A DNA stretch of 64,000 nt from an uncultured delta proteobacterium (GCA_963754925.1 CAVWHX010000003.1:448001-512000), one strand, 5' to 3'. Counted from the first letter of the stretch, positions 49,300-59,871 are shown. Numbers and translations: made by a program. Notes: generated from the letters alone by a model not told the origin.

Positions 49300-50529
49300 T
49301 CACCTCAGCACGTCCGCCACGGGCACCGTGGCCGCGCGACGCATCGGGTAAATGCTTAAGAGCAGTGTCGTTCCGAACACCGTTAAGCCCAACGTAACCA
49401 AGAGCCCGGCGGTTACCCGAGCGTATACGATGGGCGAAACAGCCACCCCGGCAATGGCCGTCCCCTCCTTCAGGAAGCTACTCAGGTCAAGGCCGTATAT
49501 TTTCAGAAGGTAGGATGCTCCCCCGCCGAGAATGAGGCCCAGGGCGCAGCCCAGAAGGCCGAGGTAGACCGACTCAAGTAAAATTTGGACCTGCAGGCGC
49601 CGCGGCGGCGTTCCGATTGCCAGCACCAGCGCAAACTCGCGGCGTCGTTCCAACACCGACATCAGTATCGTATTGAAGATGGTGAACATGATCAGGAACA
49701 ACAGAAGCCCTTGATAGATCTGGTTGGAGTAGCCGTCCATGGCGATGTACGAGGCAAGCTCCGGCAAGATTTGATCCCAGGAATAGGCCGCAACCGGTTT
49801 ACCGGCAATCAGTGCCCGGATCTCGCGCAGGCTGTCTTGCAGCTCGTCGGGATCCCTCAACACCACTCCCAGTTGGGTAACCTGATCCGGCCCGAGGCTG
49901 AACAACGTACGGGCGAATCCAATCGGCACCTGCACCAGGTATCCGTCCACCTCATCGGAGCCCACTTCGAAGATGCCCTTCACCCGCGTCAGCTCCTCCA
50001 CCAAGTTGCCGTACACGTCGTTGGTGGTCAACACCAGCTTCTTGCCGATATCCAGCTTGAGTTGGCGGGCCAACCCACTGCCGATCACGACGTCGCGTCC
50101 CGTGATCTCTTCCAGATACGATCCGCGAATGATTCTTTTAGCGAGCGGTGAGGATCGGGCCTCGATCGCCGGCTCTACCCCCATCACCACCACGCCCACT
50201 CCATTGGCGCTCGATTGGGCCACGCCCTGGCCCAGGATCAAGGCCTTGACCTCCTCGACCGCCGGCAGTCGGGCGATGCGCTGCCGGAACGCGCGGTCCT
50301 CGGATACGGCCAGATCCACCGCCGGGGCATTCCGATACTCGGGGTGTTCCAGGGTAATGTGCCCGCCCTGGATCCGTACGGCGTCATCGATCATTTTAGC
50401 GTAAAAGCCCTCGGCGATAGCGATGAACACGACCGCCAGGAAAAGGCCCAACCCGATGGAGCTCGTGGTAATCAGGGTCCGACGTTTGTTGCGCCAAAGG
50501 CTGCGCCACGCCAGTTTGAAGGTCAGCAC
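49300..50529 (-). CDS. ABC transporter permease (FtsX/LolE-like)
   Basis: LAWRSLWRNKRRTLIT; NTILMSVLERRREF; MacB-type four-TM layout. Confidence 0.92.
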   Translation of the reverse strand: MLTFKLAWRSLWRNKRRTLITTSSIGLGLFLAVVFIAIAEGFYAKMIDDAVRIQGGHITLEHPEYRNAPAVDLAVSEDRAFRQRIARLPAVEEVKALILGQGVAQSSANGVGVVVMGVEPAIEARSSPLAKRIIRGSYLEEITGRDVVIGSGLARQLKLDIGKKLVLTTNDVYGNLVEELTRVKGIFEVGSDEVDGYLVQVPIGFARTLFSLGPDQVTQLGVVLRDPDELQDSLREIRALIAGKPVAAYSWDQILPELASYIAMDGYSNQIYQGLLLFLIMFTIFNTILMSVLERRREFALVLAIGTPPRRLQVQILLESVYLGLLGCALGLILGGGASYLLKIYGLDLSSFLKEGTAIAGVAVSPIVYARVTAGLLVTLGLTVFGTTLLLSIYPMRRAATVPVADVLR

Positions 50530-50547
50530 CGTCTCCTCCTCTAAACG

Positions 50548-51780
50548 TTAAACATCAGTCATGGCGCGCACCGGGTTGATCCGGGCGGCCTTGGCGGCCG
50601 GCCAGAGGGCCGCCAGCACCGCAACCCCCCATAAGGCCAGCACCGGTGTCAACACCACATGCCACGAAAGTTCGGCGTGCCAGATGGGATCAAAGGCCAC
50701 GCCTGCGGTGGTGAAGCTCGAAAACAGCGATGTCATGTCTAAGCCGCGATCCTGCAGCAGGCTGACGACGGGCACCGCGATGGCCAGTCCGATTACGGTG
50801 GCGGCCAGAACCATCAACACGGCCTCGGTAGCAACGCCCACGACGATGCGCCCCGGCGAAGTCCCCAACGCCTTTAAAACGCCGAACTCGCGGATGCGCT
50901 CAAACGTCGCCATCAGCATGGTGTTGAGCACCCCAAGACCGGCGGCCAGGAAGAATATCGATCCGAAGATCCAGATGGCCACATGGTACACATCCACCAT
51001 ATAGGCCAGCTGCGGCAGGAGCTGCCGCCAGGTGCGCAGGTCCTGTCCTGCTGCGCTGGATCCCAACATGCCCGCAATCGATTCGGGGGAAATGCGGCCA
51101 TGGGTGTTGAAGGCAATTTCATGCACGAAGCCCGGTGCCACAAACAGGTCCGCAAAGTCCTGGCGGGTCATCAACGCGGCACCGCGATCGATGGTTTCAC
51201 TTACGGTTTTTAAGATGCCGACCACCGTAAACAGCTCATTCCCCAAAGATCCGTCGCCAGCCTGAACCACCACCACAATTTCCGAGCCAACTACTGCATT
51301 CAGGGAGCGGGCGAGCTTCGCTCCCAGCACCAGCGGCCGCGACGAACCCGGTTCGGCATCGGCTGGATCGAAGAAGGATCCGGATGCCAGGTGGCGATAC
51401 AGGTCAAAAGCCTCCCGCTCGGCAGCCGGGTTCACCCCCCAGAACCGCGCCCCAGCCGACTTAGTTCCCTGGGAAACCAGCCCGAAGCCATATGAGCGTG
51501 GCGCCGCCGCAATGCGCTTCCGGGCGGCGTTGTCAAGTACCTTCTGCGGATCCGGGATGGTCGTATAAAATGATCGGTCGGATAGGTATCCCGGGGCGTG
51601 CAGTTGGGCCTCGCCGGTCACCAGGTTGGTGGCGTTCGAAACCAATTGAGCCCATAAGCCGTCCATCAGGCTGTACGAGATGATCAAGATAGCGGCGTTG
51701 AGGGCCACCGCCGCCATGGTGATGGCGGTGCGCTTGCCGTTGCGCCACAAATTGCGCCAGCCGATCCGCAGGGTGAGCAT
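50548..51780 (-). CDS. ABC transporter permease (FtsX/LolE-like)
   Basis: GWRNLWRNGKRTAIT; NTMLMATFERIREFGVLKALG; PAAKAARINPV. Confidence 0.92.
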   Translation of the reverse strand: MLTLRIGWRNLWRNGKRTAITMAAVALNAAILIISYSLMDGLWAQLVSNATNLVTGEAQLHAPGYLSDRSFYTTIPDPQKVLDNAARKRIAAAPRSYGFGLVSQGTKSAGARFWGVNPAAEREAFDLYRHLASGSFFDPADAEPGSSRPLVLGAKLARSLNAVVGSEIVVVVQAGDGSLGNELFTVVGILKTVSETIDRGAALMTRQDFADLFVAPGFVHEIAFNTHGRISPESIAGMLGSSAAGQDLRTWRQLLPQLAYMVDVYHVAIWIFGSIFFLAAGLGVLNTMLMATFERIREFGVLKALGTSPGRIVVGVATEAVLMVLAATVIGLAIAVPVVSLLQDRGLDMTSLFSSFTTAGVAFDPIWHAELSWHVVLTPVLALWGVAVLAALWPAAKAARINPVRAMTDV

Positions 51781-51789
51781 ATCGTCTCC

Positions 51790-52557
51790 TCATCGCTCCA
51801 GATTCTGCAGGCTGAACAGATCGTCCTCAAGCGGCTGGTCGAACTGGATGTCATGGTAGGTAATTTCGGTATGCTCGTTGGGCTTGTCGGCCGGTACCAT
51901 GCGGGTCACGCTGGGTAAAACACGATCCTGCATTGTCCGCACCTTTGAAAAGGTCATGGTCCGGGACAACTTCAGGTCCTCATCATAAAAGAGCACCTGG
52001 AGGGGAATGGTATCCGATGTGCGGACCGTCGCCACCACTTTACCCCAGACTACTGCGGCCTGGGGCTTTGGAATGCAGGTGATATCGACTACGTCCTGAT
52101 TTTCGCGTGTGCCGTCGAAGGAAATCGAGAAATCGTAGTCATCGGCCATGCGGCTCTCCTTAACTAAATCATCGTTGGTGAAATGACTGCCCATCCAGGA
52201 GCCGCCCATCATGGAGGAAGGGATTTTGATGATACGCTTGACCTTGGGCAGAAAGTTCCAGATTTCGTTGCCAGATTTTAACGTGGCCGTGCCCTTTTCT
52301 TTGGCCGGGGCCACTATGCGGATCAAGGATTTGTCCTTGCCCTTATTCCAAAACTCCAAGCTCATTTCGCGGGTCCAGTGGGCGGTTACCACCTTCATGG
52401 TCATCCGGCCGTGGGCCGACTGTCCGCGGTAGAGGTCGTCGATCCGGTCGAGGATCTCCTTGGCCCGATTGGAGTAGGAAGGCGCCGGAAGGGAAGCACC
52501 GAGCAGCAATACGCAGAAGAACAGCACCGCCAATGAATAGTGTTCCTTTTTCCTCAT
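51790..52557 (-). CDS. Outer-membrane lipoprotein-sorting (LolA-like) periplasmic protein
   Basis: Signal peptide; PAKEKGTATLK, WNFLPKVKR, SWMGSHFTNDDL, FSLQNL. Confidence 0.85.
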   Translation of the reverse strand: MRKKEHYSLAVLFFCVLLLGASLPAPSYSNRAKEILDRIDDLYRGQSAHGRMTMKVVTAHWTREMSLEFWNKGKDKSLIRIVAPAKEKGTATLKSGNEIWNFLPKVKRIIKIPSSMMGGSWMGSHFTNDDLVKESRMADDYDFSISFDGTRENQDVVDITCIPKPQAAVVWGKVVATVRTSDTIPLQVLFYDEDLKLSRTMTFSKVRTMQDRVLPSVTRMVPADKPNEHTEITYHDIQFDQPLEDDLFSLQNLER

Positions 52558-52579
52558 GCCCGTGTCACAGGGTTAGCGG

Positions 52580-53548
52580 TCACGGAGTTACGGTCGATGG
52601 TTGCACTGCGAGGAACCGCCGCAGGTCGGCCACCGTGCGGGCGGGATCTTCCTCCTGCGGAATATGACCAAGGTCGTCGTACATAACCAGTTGACTGCCG
52701 TTGATGTCGCGATGGAACTGCTCGGCATATTCGGGCGGGATATAGTTGTCGCGCGCCCCCCACAGGATGAGCGTAGGCATCGTCAGCGTCTTAAGGCGTT
52801 CGACATCGGCCCCCGGGGTCGCCTGTGCAAAGCGATGGACCAACGCGGCGCGGTTGCCAGCGTGGAGCGATAGCTCGTAGTAGCGATCCACCACAGCTGT
52901 GGGTACCCGCGAAGGATCGCCGAACAAGTTACGAACGGAGGCTTCAATGATGCCGCGCGGTAAAAAGTGCTCGGTTATCCAGCTGAGCGATTTAATACGG
53001 GCAAATCGAAAACCCAGCGGCTCCGACCGGTGTGTTATGGCATAGCCGGATGCGTCCACCAGCACTAATTTATCCACCAGCAGAGGCTCGGTCACGGCCA
53101 CGTGCCAGGCGATGTTCCCGCCGAGCGAATTGCCGACCAGGACACACCGATGCACGCCCAGTGCGTTTAGAAAGCGCAGCATGAACTGGGTGTCAGCCTC
53201 GATGCTATAGTCGTTGTTGGGGTCGGGGTCGGTCAAACCGGAGCCGGGGAGGTCCATGCTGATAAGGCGGTGCTCAATCTTGAGCGCCGCCACCCAGCCC
53301 TCCCAGGTGTGCAGGCTTGATGACCGGCCATGTATTAAAATGATCGGGATTAAGTCGTCGGCCGGGCCCTCCTCCCGGTAATGCACGTTGAGTCCTTGCA
53401 GATCCAAAAACTTCGAAGGCGGCTGCGCCCAGCGGTCTTTAAGCTCCTGCGTTGATCGATCGGGGGCCCAGGTCAGGATCATACCGGCTCCCACCGCCAC
53501 CACAAATAGGATCAAAAGACCAATAAGAACTTTCAACAACGTTTTCAT
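52580..53548 (-). CDS. Membrane-anchored alpha/beta hydrolase
   Basis: N-terminal TM; IHG, DLPGSG, GNSLGG nucleophile, WGARD, GHIPQEE. Confidence 0.92.
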   Translation of the reverse strand: MKTLLKVLIGLLILFVVAVGAGMILTWAPDRSTQELKDRWAQPPSKFLDLQGLNVHYREEGPADDLIPIILIHGRSSSLHTWEGWVAALKIEHRLISMDLPGSGLTDPDPNNDYSIEADTQFMLRFLNALGVHRCVLVGNSLGGNIAWHVAVTEPLLVDKLVLVDASGYAITHRSEPLGFRFARIKSLSWITEHFLPRGIIEASVRNLFGDPSRVPTAVVDRYYELSLHAGNRAALVHRFAQATPGADVERLKTLTMPTLILWGARDNYIPPEYAEQFHRDINGSQLVMYDDLGHIPQEEDPARTVADLRRFLAVQPSTVTP

Positions 53549-53599
53549 GGCTGTCTCCTTGGCACGAGGGATATAACCATTGTAGGTATCAGCTCTAAT

Positions 53600-54685
53600 T
53601 CATTTATACGGATTAAAATCCACGCCCCGACGCCTCCCGCGTTCGTCATACCAATCGTTTTCGGTGACCGGGGGCGACGCTACGTCCGTTGCATCTTTGT
53701 GGACCAGCCGGATCGCCTCTCCCGGACAGGTAGTTACACACAGGCCGCAACCAATGCACTTCTCCGGGATGATACGAGACGCATCCTCGCCGGACTCGAT
53801 AGCGTGAACCTGGCAACGTTCATCGGCGCAGGTCCCGCATGCGGTGCATTTATCTGAATCGATCACGGCGTAATAATGAGCATTGACCGCCTGCGAAGCC
53901 GGAATGCCCCTTTCGTTTATGGACCTTAGGACGCCGCAGCAACACTCACAGCAATTGCAGATATAGAACTGCCCGAACTGCACATTGCTGGTGAGATGCA
54001 CCAAACCAGCCTCCTCGCATTGTTTGAGTAACGCATAGGCCTCTTCCTTGGTGATGACGCGGCCGTGCGGCGAGTCGTCAAATACCTTGGGTATCGGGGC
54101 GACGGCCAAGCAAACCTGCATGGGTCGGCTGCAGGGTTTGCCGTTGAGGGCGCGCTCCTTTTTGCAGATGCAATCATTAACTAAAAAGGATTTGCTATTC
54201 TCGATGATGGCCGAGACTCTCTCATAGGGCAACGGTTCATTATCGGGAGCGATCAAGGTTTCAATGGGCAGGGTTTGCATCAATTGCGGTGTTTGAGTAT
54301 AGAACTGTTTCATAAAATCCGGTGCGTACTGCTCGCACAACTCCGCAAGCTCCTTATCGATACGCCCCAGTTGGAATTCATAGATTCCAAAAATCCAGGG
54401 GATCATTTTGAATAGGTGGGTCGTCTCCAGCTTGACGCCAAAGAGCTGCCCTTTATTCCCCATGGCGATCAGCCGCGCTTCCAGGCCATCCAACGGTCGG
54501 CCGGTACGAGCAGCAATTTTTTTAGCCGTCTCAAATTTCAGGCGCAAATCACAAAAGAGCTCCGCGTCCTCCGGGTCGAATATCTTCTTTAAGATCTTTA
54601 TCTCCACCCCGCTTTCAGTCGCCGGAAACCCGTTCGGTAAGGTATCGAGGACCTTCGCCAACTGGTGATATATTTCATCGGACAT
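53600..54685 (-). CDS. 4Fe-4S dicluster-containing protein
   Basis: CICK, ICNCCECCC, CTACGTC...C, CIGCGLCVTTCP. Confidence 0.9.
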   Translation of the reverse strand: MSDEIYHQLAKVLDTLPNGFPATESGVEIKILKKIFDPEDAELFCDLRLKFETAKKIAARTGRPLDGLEARLIAMGNKGQLFGVKLETTHLFKMIPWIFGIYEFQLGRIDKELAELCEQYAPDFMKQFYTQTPQLMQTLPIETLIAPDNEPLPYERVSAIIENSKSFLVNDCICKKERALNGKPCSRPMQVCLAVAPIPKVFDDSPHGRVITKEEAYALLKQCEEAGLVHLTSNVQFGQFYICNCCECCCGVLRSINERGIPASQAVNAHYYAVIDSDKCTACGTCADERCQVHAIESGEDASRIIPEKCIGCGLCVTTCPGEAIRLVHKDATDVASPPVTENDWYDERGRRRGVDFNPYK

Positions 54686-54778
54686 AAATCAGTGCCTCCG
54701 GTGATATCGAATAGATTCTCTCAATCCATCAGGGACGGTGTCCCGGCCGCCCCATCACGGTTGGTCTAAGGCTCATAA

Positions 54779-55303
54779 TCAGTTGGACTGTTGATGTTGA
54801 AACGGCACCGTGCTCTTGATAACCGGGGCCGCATTGCATGCGGGTACGAGCGGCGGCTGTTGTATCACTCCTTCTAGCCGCACTTCCTTGGCAGTGCTTA
54901 CGGCCGCCTTCACTAAGTCTGAAATTTGTGGATTTGATTCGCTGTTGATTGATGTTATCACCCCGTCTGAAAACGTAACACTCAGTTTCCCGCTTGAAAA
55001 GGCCGATGGTTTGTTCAATAGGATTCGGGGCTCGTTGAAGTTTGGCTCAATGACCAGCTCTTGTTTCTGAATAATTCTAGCACAGGCACCGCTATCCGCT
55101 GTTCCTATCAAGTTGCCCTTTTCTATCAACGCGGTGAACTCGTAGGTTATAAGCACTTGGTGCGGTTCGTAGTAGACGATGCCTTCCACGGACTCACCGA
55201 CCGGCCGCCACGCACCGGCATCAAATTTACTGGTCTTGAACGTCGAGGAACAAGCGATACCAGAGATGCTGAAAAGAATTATCGCAAAGATACGTTTAGT
55301 CAT
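54779..55303 (-). CDS. Hypothetical lipoprotein
   Basis: AGGAGG RBS; MTKRIFAIILFSISGIAC lipobox-like signal. Confidence 0.7.
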   Translation of the reverse strand: MTKRIFAIILFSISGIACSSTFKTSKFDAGAWRPVGESVEGIVYYEPHQVLITYEFTALIEKGNLIGTADSGACARIIQKQELVIEPNFNEPRILLNKPSAFSSGKLSVTFSDGVITSINSESNPQISDLVKAAVSTAKEVRLEGVIQQPPLVPACNAAPVIKSTVPFQHQQSN

Positions 55304-55377
55304 GCTGCCTCCTTTATTCTGCCCACCAATCTTGGCAGACAACGAGGTTTTGTACAAGCGTGAAGAACAACCGATTA

Positions 55378-57432
55378 CTAAGGCGTGCTTACCTTCTCAA
55401 GAAACGCGCCGATGAGGGGAAATACCTCGGTAGGGGACTTGAGACCAATGACGAGATCAGCATGGGCCGTGCCCTGGATGATATGAATTTCATCGTTCGG
55501 ATTGGGTGTCTTTTTTGCCATGATAGTGGGGATGACGATACTCGGGTCTACGAGAGCACCCGCATCCGAGAGAATCGCGATGGTCGGAGCCGTTATTTTG
55601 CCCATATTCTCGCTGTAATAGTAGTACCCGTCGTTTCCAGGGTTCGGCGTCGGCGGTTCAACAAGAGCTTGGTTTTCAGCCCCATTCTGGTAGCACTCTC
55701 GAACAACTTTATGGAGACCGTTGTCAGCGTATTGGGCATAATTTTTCAGGCTCGAGCTGGACATAGCATAGCGTGCCGTGTAATCCTCCACATAAGGGTC
55801 GGTATCGGTGAGGTCCCAGAAGGCAAAATAATGCAACACATTGTCCGGCACACCATATTGAGTGAAAAGAGCATCCAGTTGAGCCATTCCGTTGAATATC
55901 ACATCGGTTACCGAGAGAAGCGTATCCGAGGGCGTATACATCAAAATACTTTCCGCAAGTTCATCAAGGGGAAGATACATCTTGGTCGCCAAAATCGTCC
56001 ATAACTGCGGTATATCGAGATAACTGGGCATTGGCGGCTGACCGGCGGGGTCTAAAAGGATTAAGCCTTTGATAGAGCTGTTTCGCGCCTGGGCCAACGC
56101 GGCATCACCCTTTACGTGCGGGAGATAGCCGGCATCATAGGCTGCTTTATACGCCGCGACTTTGTCTGCGGCTCCGCCATAGTCCATATAGGCTCCCTGA
56201 AGATAACCGATGGTGCAAAATCCCCCGGTGCTATGACCTCCGATGACCGGCTTCATACCAGTGACGCTGCTCACCTTGTCAATCACGGCTGGCGCATCGA
56301 GCGTTATCCAGTTATCAAGTGAAGTAATAGTTAAATTGTGAACCGTGCCAGAGTCGGTCCGATAGACCCCGCGGCCGGTATTGCGGTAGTTGGCAAACCA
56401 CGGATCATAACCCTTGAGCCACAGATAAAAGGCCAGGCTGTAGTACTTAACAGGATCTACTATAAGGTGTCTCTCCCACACCGGACTGCCCTGGGTATCG
56501 TATATGAGGTTTCCATTGGCATCGCGGGCAATGGCCCAGTCGGCTATTGCACTGGGCAACGTCATCGCACTATACGAGGATTGCTGCTCTGCTGGGGTGT
56601 GGACCGTAAAAAAGTTCAGGTTTGCGTTGATGCCATTAAGAATAACAACCGGTTGCTTACCGATGCGGAACTCATCGTTCAAGGTGGGTCGATAGCGCAT
56701 GATCTGAACCTCGACGCCGTCATCGGCAACGGCAACATAGTGATCGGGATCGGTCACGAGTTTCTCGCATTCGTCAAGCATAGGATCAGCCACCGGCGTC
56801 TTGGCGCTCGTCATGGTCGAATCCAAGGTAATGACGCTCCCGCCAAGAAGCGGTATATCGGCCGGTATCGTCATATTGATCGCTTGCTGGATGCTGAGGC
56901 CAGTGCCATTGACTAAGAGGCTGATCAGGCTGCTGAGGGTAATTTTGGTCTTGGCGTCGACCATGAGCGTGAGCGGAATGGGAGGCAGCAGCATCGATAT
57001 GTTCGGATCCGCCGATCTCGTCTCAATGGGGATGGTCAGCTCGAAGGTAGCCCGTTGAGTGATCAAGGGATCCATATAGGCAATGCCGCCCGCTTCCTCG
57101 CCCACCGGTATGTACGAACAAAGGGTGCCGCTCGGGATCGAGCCGAGATTTATTGAACTGCCTGCGGTCATGAAACTGTCAACCTGAACGGTGGCTGGCG
57201 TGCCATTAATCGTAAGCAGCTTGGTGGTATCGATGATGACGGTCGTCTCCACGTTGCCCACAACCTTGCTTACGACCGACCCCCCGCCTAACGCGGCCGG
57301 AAGCTGGATCGTCATGGTATTGTTCCCCGCCGGATCTATTACCAGCAATGTCGGAAGGCTTATCTTTCCACATGCAGAAACAAGCATCGCGCTCATAAGC
57401 ATTACGGTGCACATCCTTCTTTCCTTCCTCAT
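55378..57432 (-). CDS. Lipoprotein with an N-terminal beta-rich domain and a C-terminal alpha/beta hydrolase
   Basis: Lipobox VSAC; GGHSTGG nucleophile elbow; LILLDP; C-terminal AHADL. Confidence 0.8.
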   Translation of the reverse strand: MRKERRMCTVMLMSAMLVSACGKISLPTLLVIDPAGNNTMTIQLPAALGGGSVVSKVVGNVETTVIIDTTKLLTINGTPATVQVDSFMTAGSSINLGSIPSGTLCSYIPVGEEAGGIAYMDPLITQRATFELTIPIETRSADPNISMLLPPIPLTLMVDAKTKITLSSLISLLVNGTGLSIQQAINMTIPADIPLLGGSVITLDSTMTSAKTPVADPMLDECEKLVTDPDHYVAVADDGVEVQIMRYRPTLNDEFRIGKQPVVILNGINANLNFFTVHTPAEQQSSYSAMTLPSAIADWAIARDANGNLIYDTQGSPVWERHLIVDPVKYYSLAFYLWLKGYDPWFANYRNTGRGVYRTDSGTVHNLTITSLDNWITLDAPAVIDKVSSVTGMKPVIGGHSTGGFCTIGYLQGAYMDYGGAADKVAAYKAAYDAGYLPHVKGDAALAQARNSSIKGLILLDPAGQPPMPSYLDIPQLWTILATKMYLPLDELAESILMYTPSDTLLSVTDVIFNGMAQLDALFTQYGVPDNVLHYFAFWDLTDTDPYVEDYTARYAMSSSSLKNYAQYADNGLHKVVRECYQNGAENQALVEPPTPNPGNDGYYYYSENMGKITAPTIAILSDAGALVDPSIVIPTIMAKKTPNPNDEIHIIQGTAHADLVIGLKSPTEVFPLIGAFLEKVSTP

Positions 57433-57928
57433 AGCATTCCTCCTGGTTCATGGTTGTATACCAATGGGTAGCGTTTTATTTTCTTCCCGGTATCCATCAC
57501 ACGAATAAGATTCGAATACGTCTGAGGCGCTTCACGTCCTTGGCTAGAGGGCGCATAACACATGCCCGTCTCTTCTGAAGTGATGCACAAGAAGAAAGAT
57601 CTTTTTTCGATCCTCTTCAAAGAACCTTCAATCGCCAGATTTAAGAGCGTACAACTGACACGTTGTCTTATGAGCGCCTTTAAATTAGTTCACAGACAGA
57701 ATGTCAATGAAAAAAAATCACCCTATAGTTGTAATATTTTTGTATGAGTGTTGCTTATTGGGATTATGCCGGGTTCTAGCACTCCTCATAAATCCCTTGT
57801 ACTTTTCGGAGTACCGTTTAAGGGTTAACACCATCATCGATGTAACCGTGACCTCAGATCTTGGGTGAGTCGGATCTGAGGAGGTGACGTCGAAAACCAA
57901 ATTGAAAACTAAGGGGCTTGGGAAAAAG

Positions 57929-59818
57929 ATGAGAATTCGTCATTGGATAATGGCTTTCGTACTGCTGGTGATGGTGGGTGCAGCGGTCATGGGCTTGGTC
58001 TTAACCCAGGATTCAGGGCAACCGGCGACTGCCGGGGGAACTCAAACGGGAAAAAACGGGCGCCCGGATAACGCGCCGATTCAAATAGAGCGTCTAGTGG
58101 ACATGCAGCCCTATTTGACCGCGCGCAGAATGGCCGCCCTCGCCACCACACCGGAAGAACAGGAATTCGCTCGCCAGGCGGTCCGCCTGGCCAACCATTC
58201 CGTTGATCTCGCTTTCACCGACGCCCTGCTCCGCGTGACCGAGAATCCACCCGAGCCAACACCCGAAATCAAGGAACTTGTCTCCATAAAGGATACGGCT
58301 GAAGAGGCCGTCGAGGCCGATCAGCAGCTCATCAAGCAGCTTACCAAGCGGATTGCCGCGGCGTCCGAAACGGAAAAAGACAGCTTGGAAGACCAGCTGG
58401 AAGTGGCCAAGGCGAAACTGGAACTTGCCCAGGATGAACTGGACGAGGCCTCAAGCGACTTGGAGCGCGCCGGAGGAGACCCCCAGGCCAAAATCCGCCG
58501 CTTGAAGGCGGTGCATGAGGCCGCCGACAAGGAAACGCCGGCCAACGTTCCCTCCCCGGCGGACGTTTCGTCCTTCCGATTCTCGGCCGGCAGCCTCTTT
58601 GAAAAATACCGCGCGTGGTCCGAGCGGCGCGACCAGCTGGCTCTTCTGGCCAAGGCGCAGCAGGATGCGCAGGAAAAGGCTCAACGCATCGATGAACGGC
58701 GCAAGAAAGTCTCCGAGATTATGAAAACACAGGCGGAAGCCCGTCAGGCGGCCAAACAGTCGGCGGCCGGATTCGCCCAGGGAGGCGCGGCGGAGAGCGG
58801 TGTCTCGTCAAAGGAAACTGCGACTGCCACGCTCTCTTCCCTCAAGCGTTTCATGAGCGACCAACGTACGATCACTGACCTGGGCAAGCGCATTCAGGAT
58901 CAGCAGGAATTAGCCGGCGTGTACGCGGGTTGGATCTCCCTAGTGGAGACCCACGAACGCGCGGCGTTGCACCGCATGATTGAGGGACTGCTTCTGATCC
59001 TGTCGACGTTGTTTGTTATCTTCATCGCAAGCCGCCTGATTGAACTCCTGTTTTATCGGGCGGGGGCGGAAAAGATTCGCGTCGGCACCATGCGGACGGT
59101 GGTGAAGTTCGTGGTTCAGATTGTGGGCGTGCTCGTCATCATCTTCACACTCCTGGGCGTCCCCAGCCAAACGACGACCATCCTCGGACTAGCGGGCGCC
59201 GGTCTCACGGTCGCCATGAAGGATTTCATCGTCGCCTTCTTCGGCTGGTTTGTGTTGATAGGTAAAAACGGCATCAACGTCGGCGACTGGGTCGAGATCA
59301 ACGGCGTGGCCGGGGAAGTCGTCGATATCGGGCTGCTGCGCACGGTGCTGCTCGAGACCGGTAGCCTGGGCGACTCCGGGCATCCCACCGGCCGTCGGGT
59401 TACGTTTGTAAACAGCTTCGCCATCGAAGGACACTATTTCAACTTCTCAACATCGGGGCAATGGATGTGGGACGAACTGCAGGTACTGATCCCAACCGGG
59501 CAGGATCCGTTTCCGATCATCGACGGCGTCCATAACCTGGTGAAGGAAAAGACCGAAGCCAACACCAAGCTCGCGGAACAAGAATGGCAGAAAACGACCG
59601 CCCGCTACCGGGTGAAGGCGTTCACAACCCTGCCCGGCATCAACATGGTGCCGACGGACAAGGGCGTCGAGATTCGCGTGCGCTACATCACCCGCGCCCA
59701 TGAGAGCCACGAAACGCGCCGTAACCTGTACCATGCCATCGTCGAGCTCATGCACGGCAAACAAAAAGAAGAAACGGGCTCTCCCGTCTCTCGTGTAGAA
59801 CCTGAAACGGTATCATAG
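57929..59818 (+). CDS. Large MscS-family mechanosensitive channel with periplasmic coiled coil
   Basis: GLAGAGLTVAMKD, INVGDWVEINGVAGEVVDIGL; N-terminal TM followed by about 300 aa of helical E/Q/A/K-rich sequence. Confidence 0.88.
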   Translation: MRIRHWIMAFVLLVMVGAAVMGLVLTQDSGQPATAGGTQTGKNGRPDNAPIQIERLVDMQPYLTARRMAALATTPEEQEFARQAVRLANHSVDLAFTDALLRVTENPPEPTPEIKELVSIKDTAEEAVEADQQLIKQLTKRIAAASETEKDSLEDQLEVAKAKLELAQDELDEASSDLERAGGDPQAKIRRLKAVHEAADKETPANVPSPADVSSFRFSAGSLFEKYRAWSERRDQLALLAKAQQDAQEKAQRIDERRKKVSEIMKTQAEARQAAKQSAAGFAQGGAAESGVSSKETATATLSSLKRFMSDQRTITDLGKRIQDQQELAGVYAGWISLVETHERAALHRMIEGLLLILSTLFVIFIASRLIELLFYRAGAEKIRVGTMRTVVKFVVQIVGVLVIIFTLLGVPSQTTTILGLAGAGLTVAMKDFIVAFFGWFVLIGKNGINVGDWVEINGVAGEVVDIGLLRTVLLETGSLGDSGHPTGRRVTFVNSFAIEGHYFNFSTSGQWMWDELQVLIPTGQDPFPIIDGVHNLVKEKTEANTKLAEQEWQKTTARYRVKAFTTLPGINMVPTDKGVEIRVRYITRAHESHETRRNLYHAIVELMHGKQKEETGSPVSRVEPETVS

Positions 59819-59871
59819 ACAATAAGTGCATTTTTCATTGCGTATCCTTCATGAGGTCCATTGAACTCAAT

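Noticed and set aside
54700..55345. Integron-cassette-like ends around the 54779-55303 lipoprotein gene (GTCCAAC at the stop, GTTGTCTG upstream)
   Set aside because: No complete attC palindrome follows the gene, the upstream site does not fit GTTRRRY, and no integrase is present
55360..56004. 214-aa plus-strand ORF (also 61237-62151)
   Set aside because: Antisense to credible lipoprotein genes that have an RBS, signal peptide and motifs
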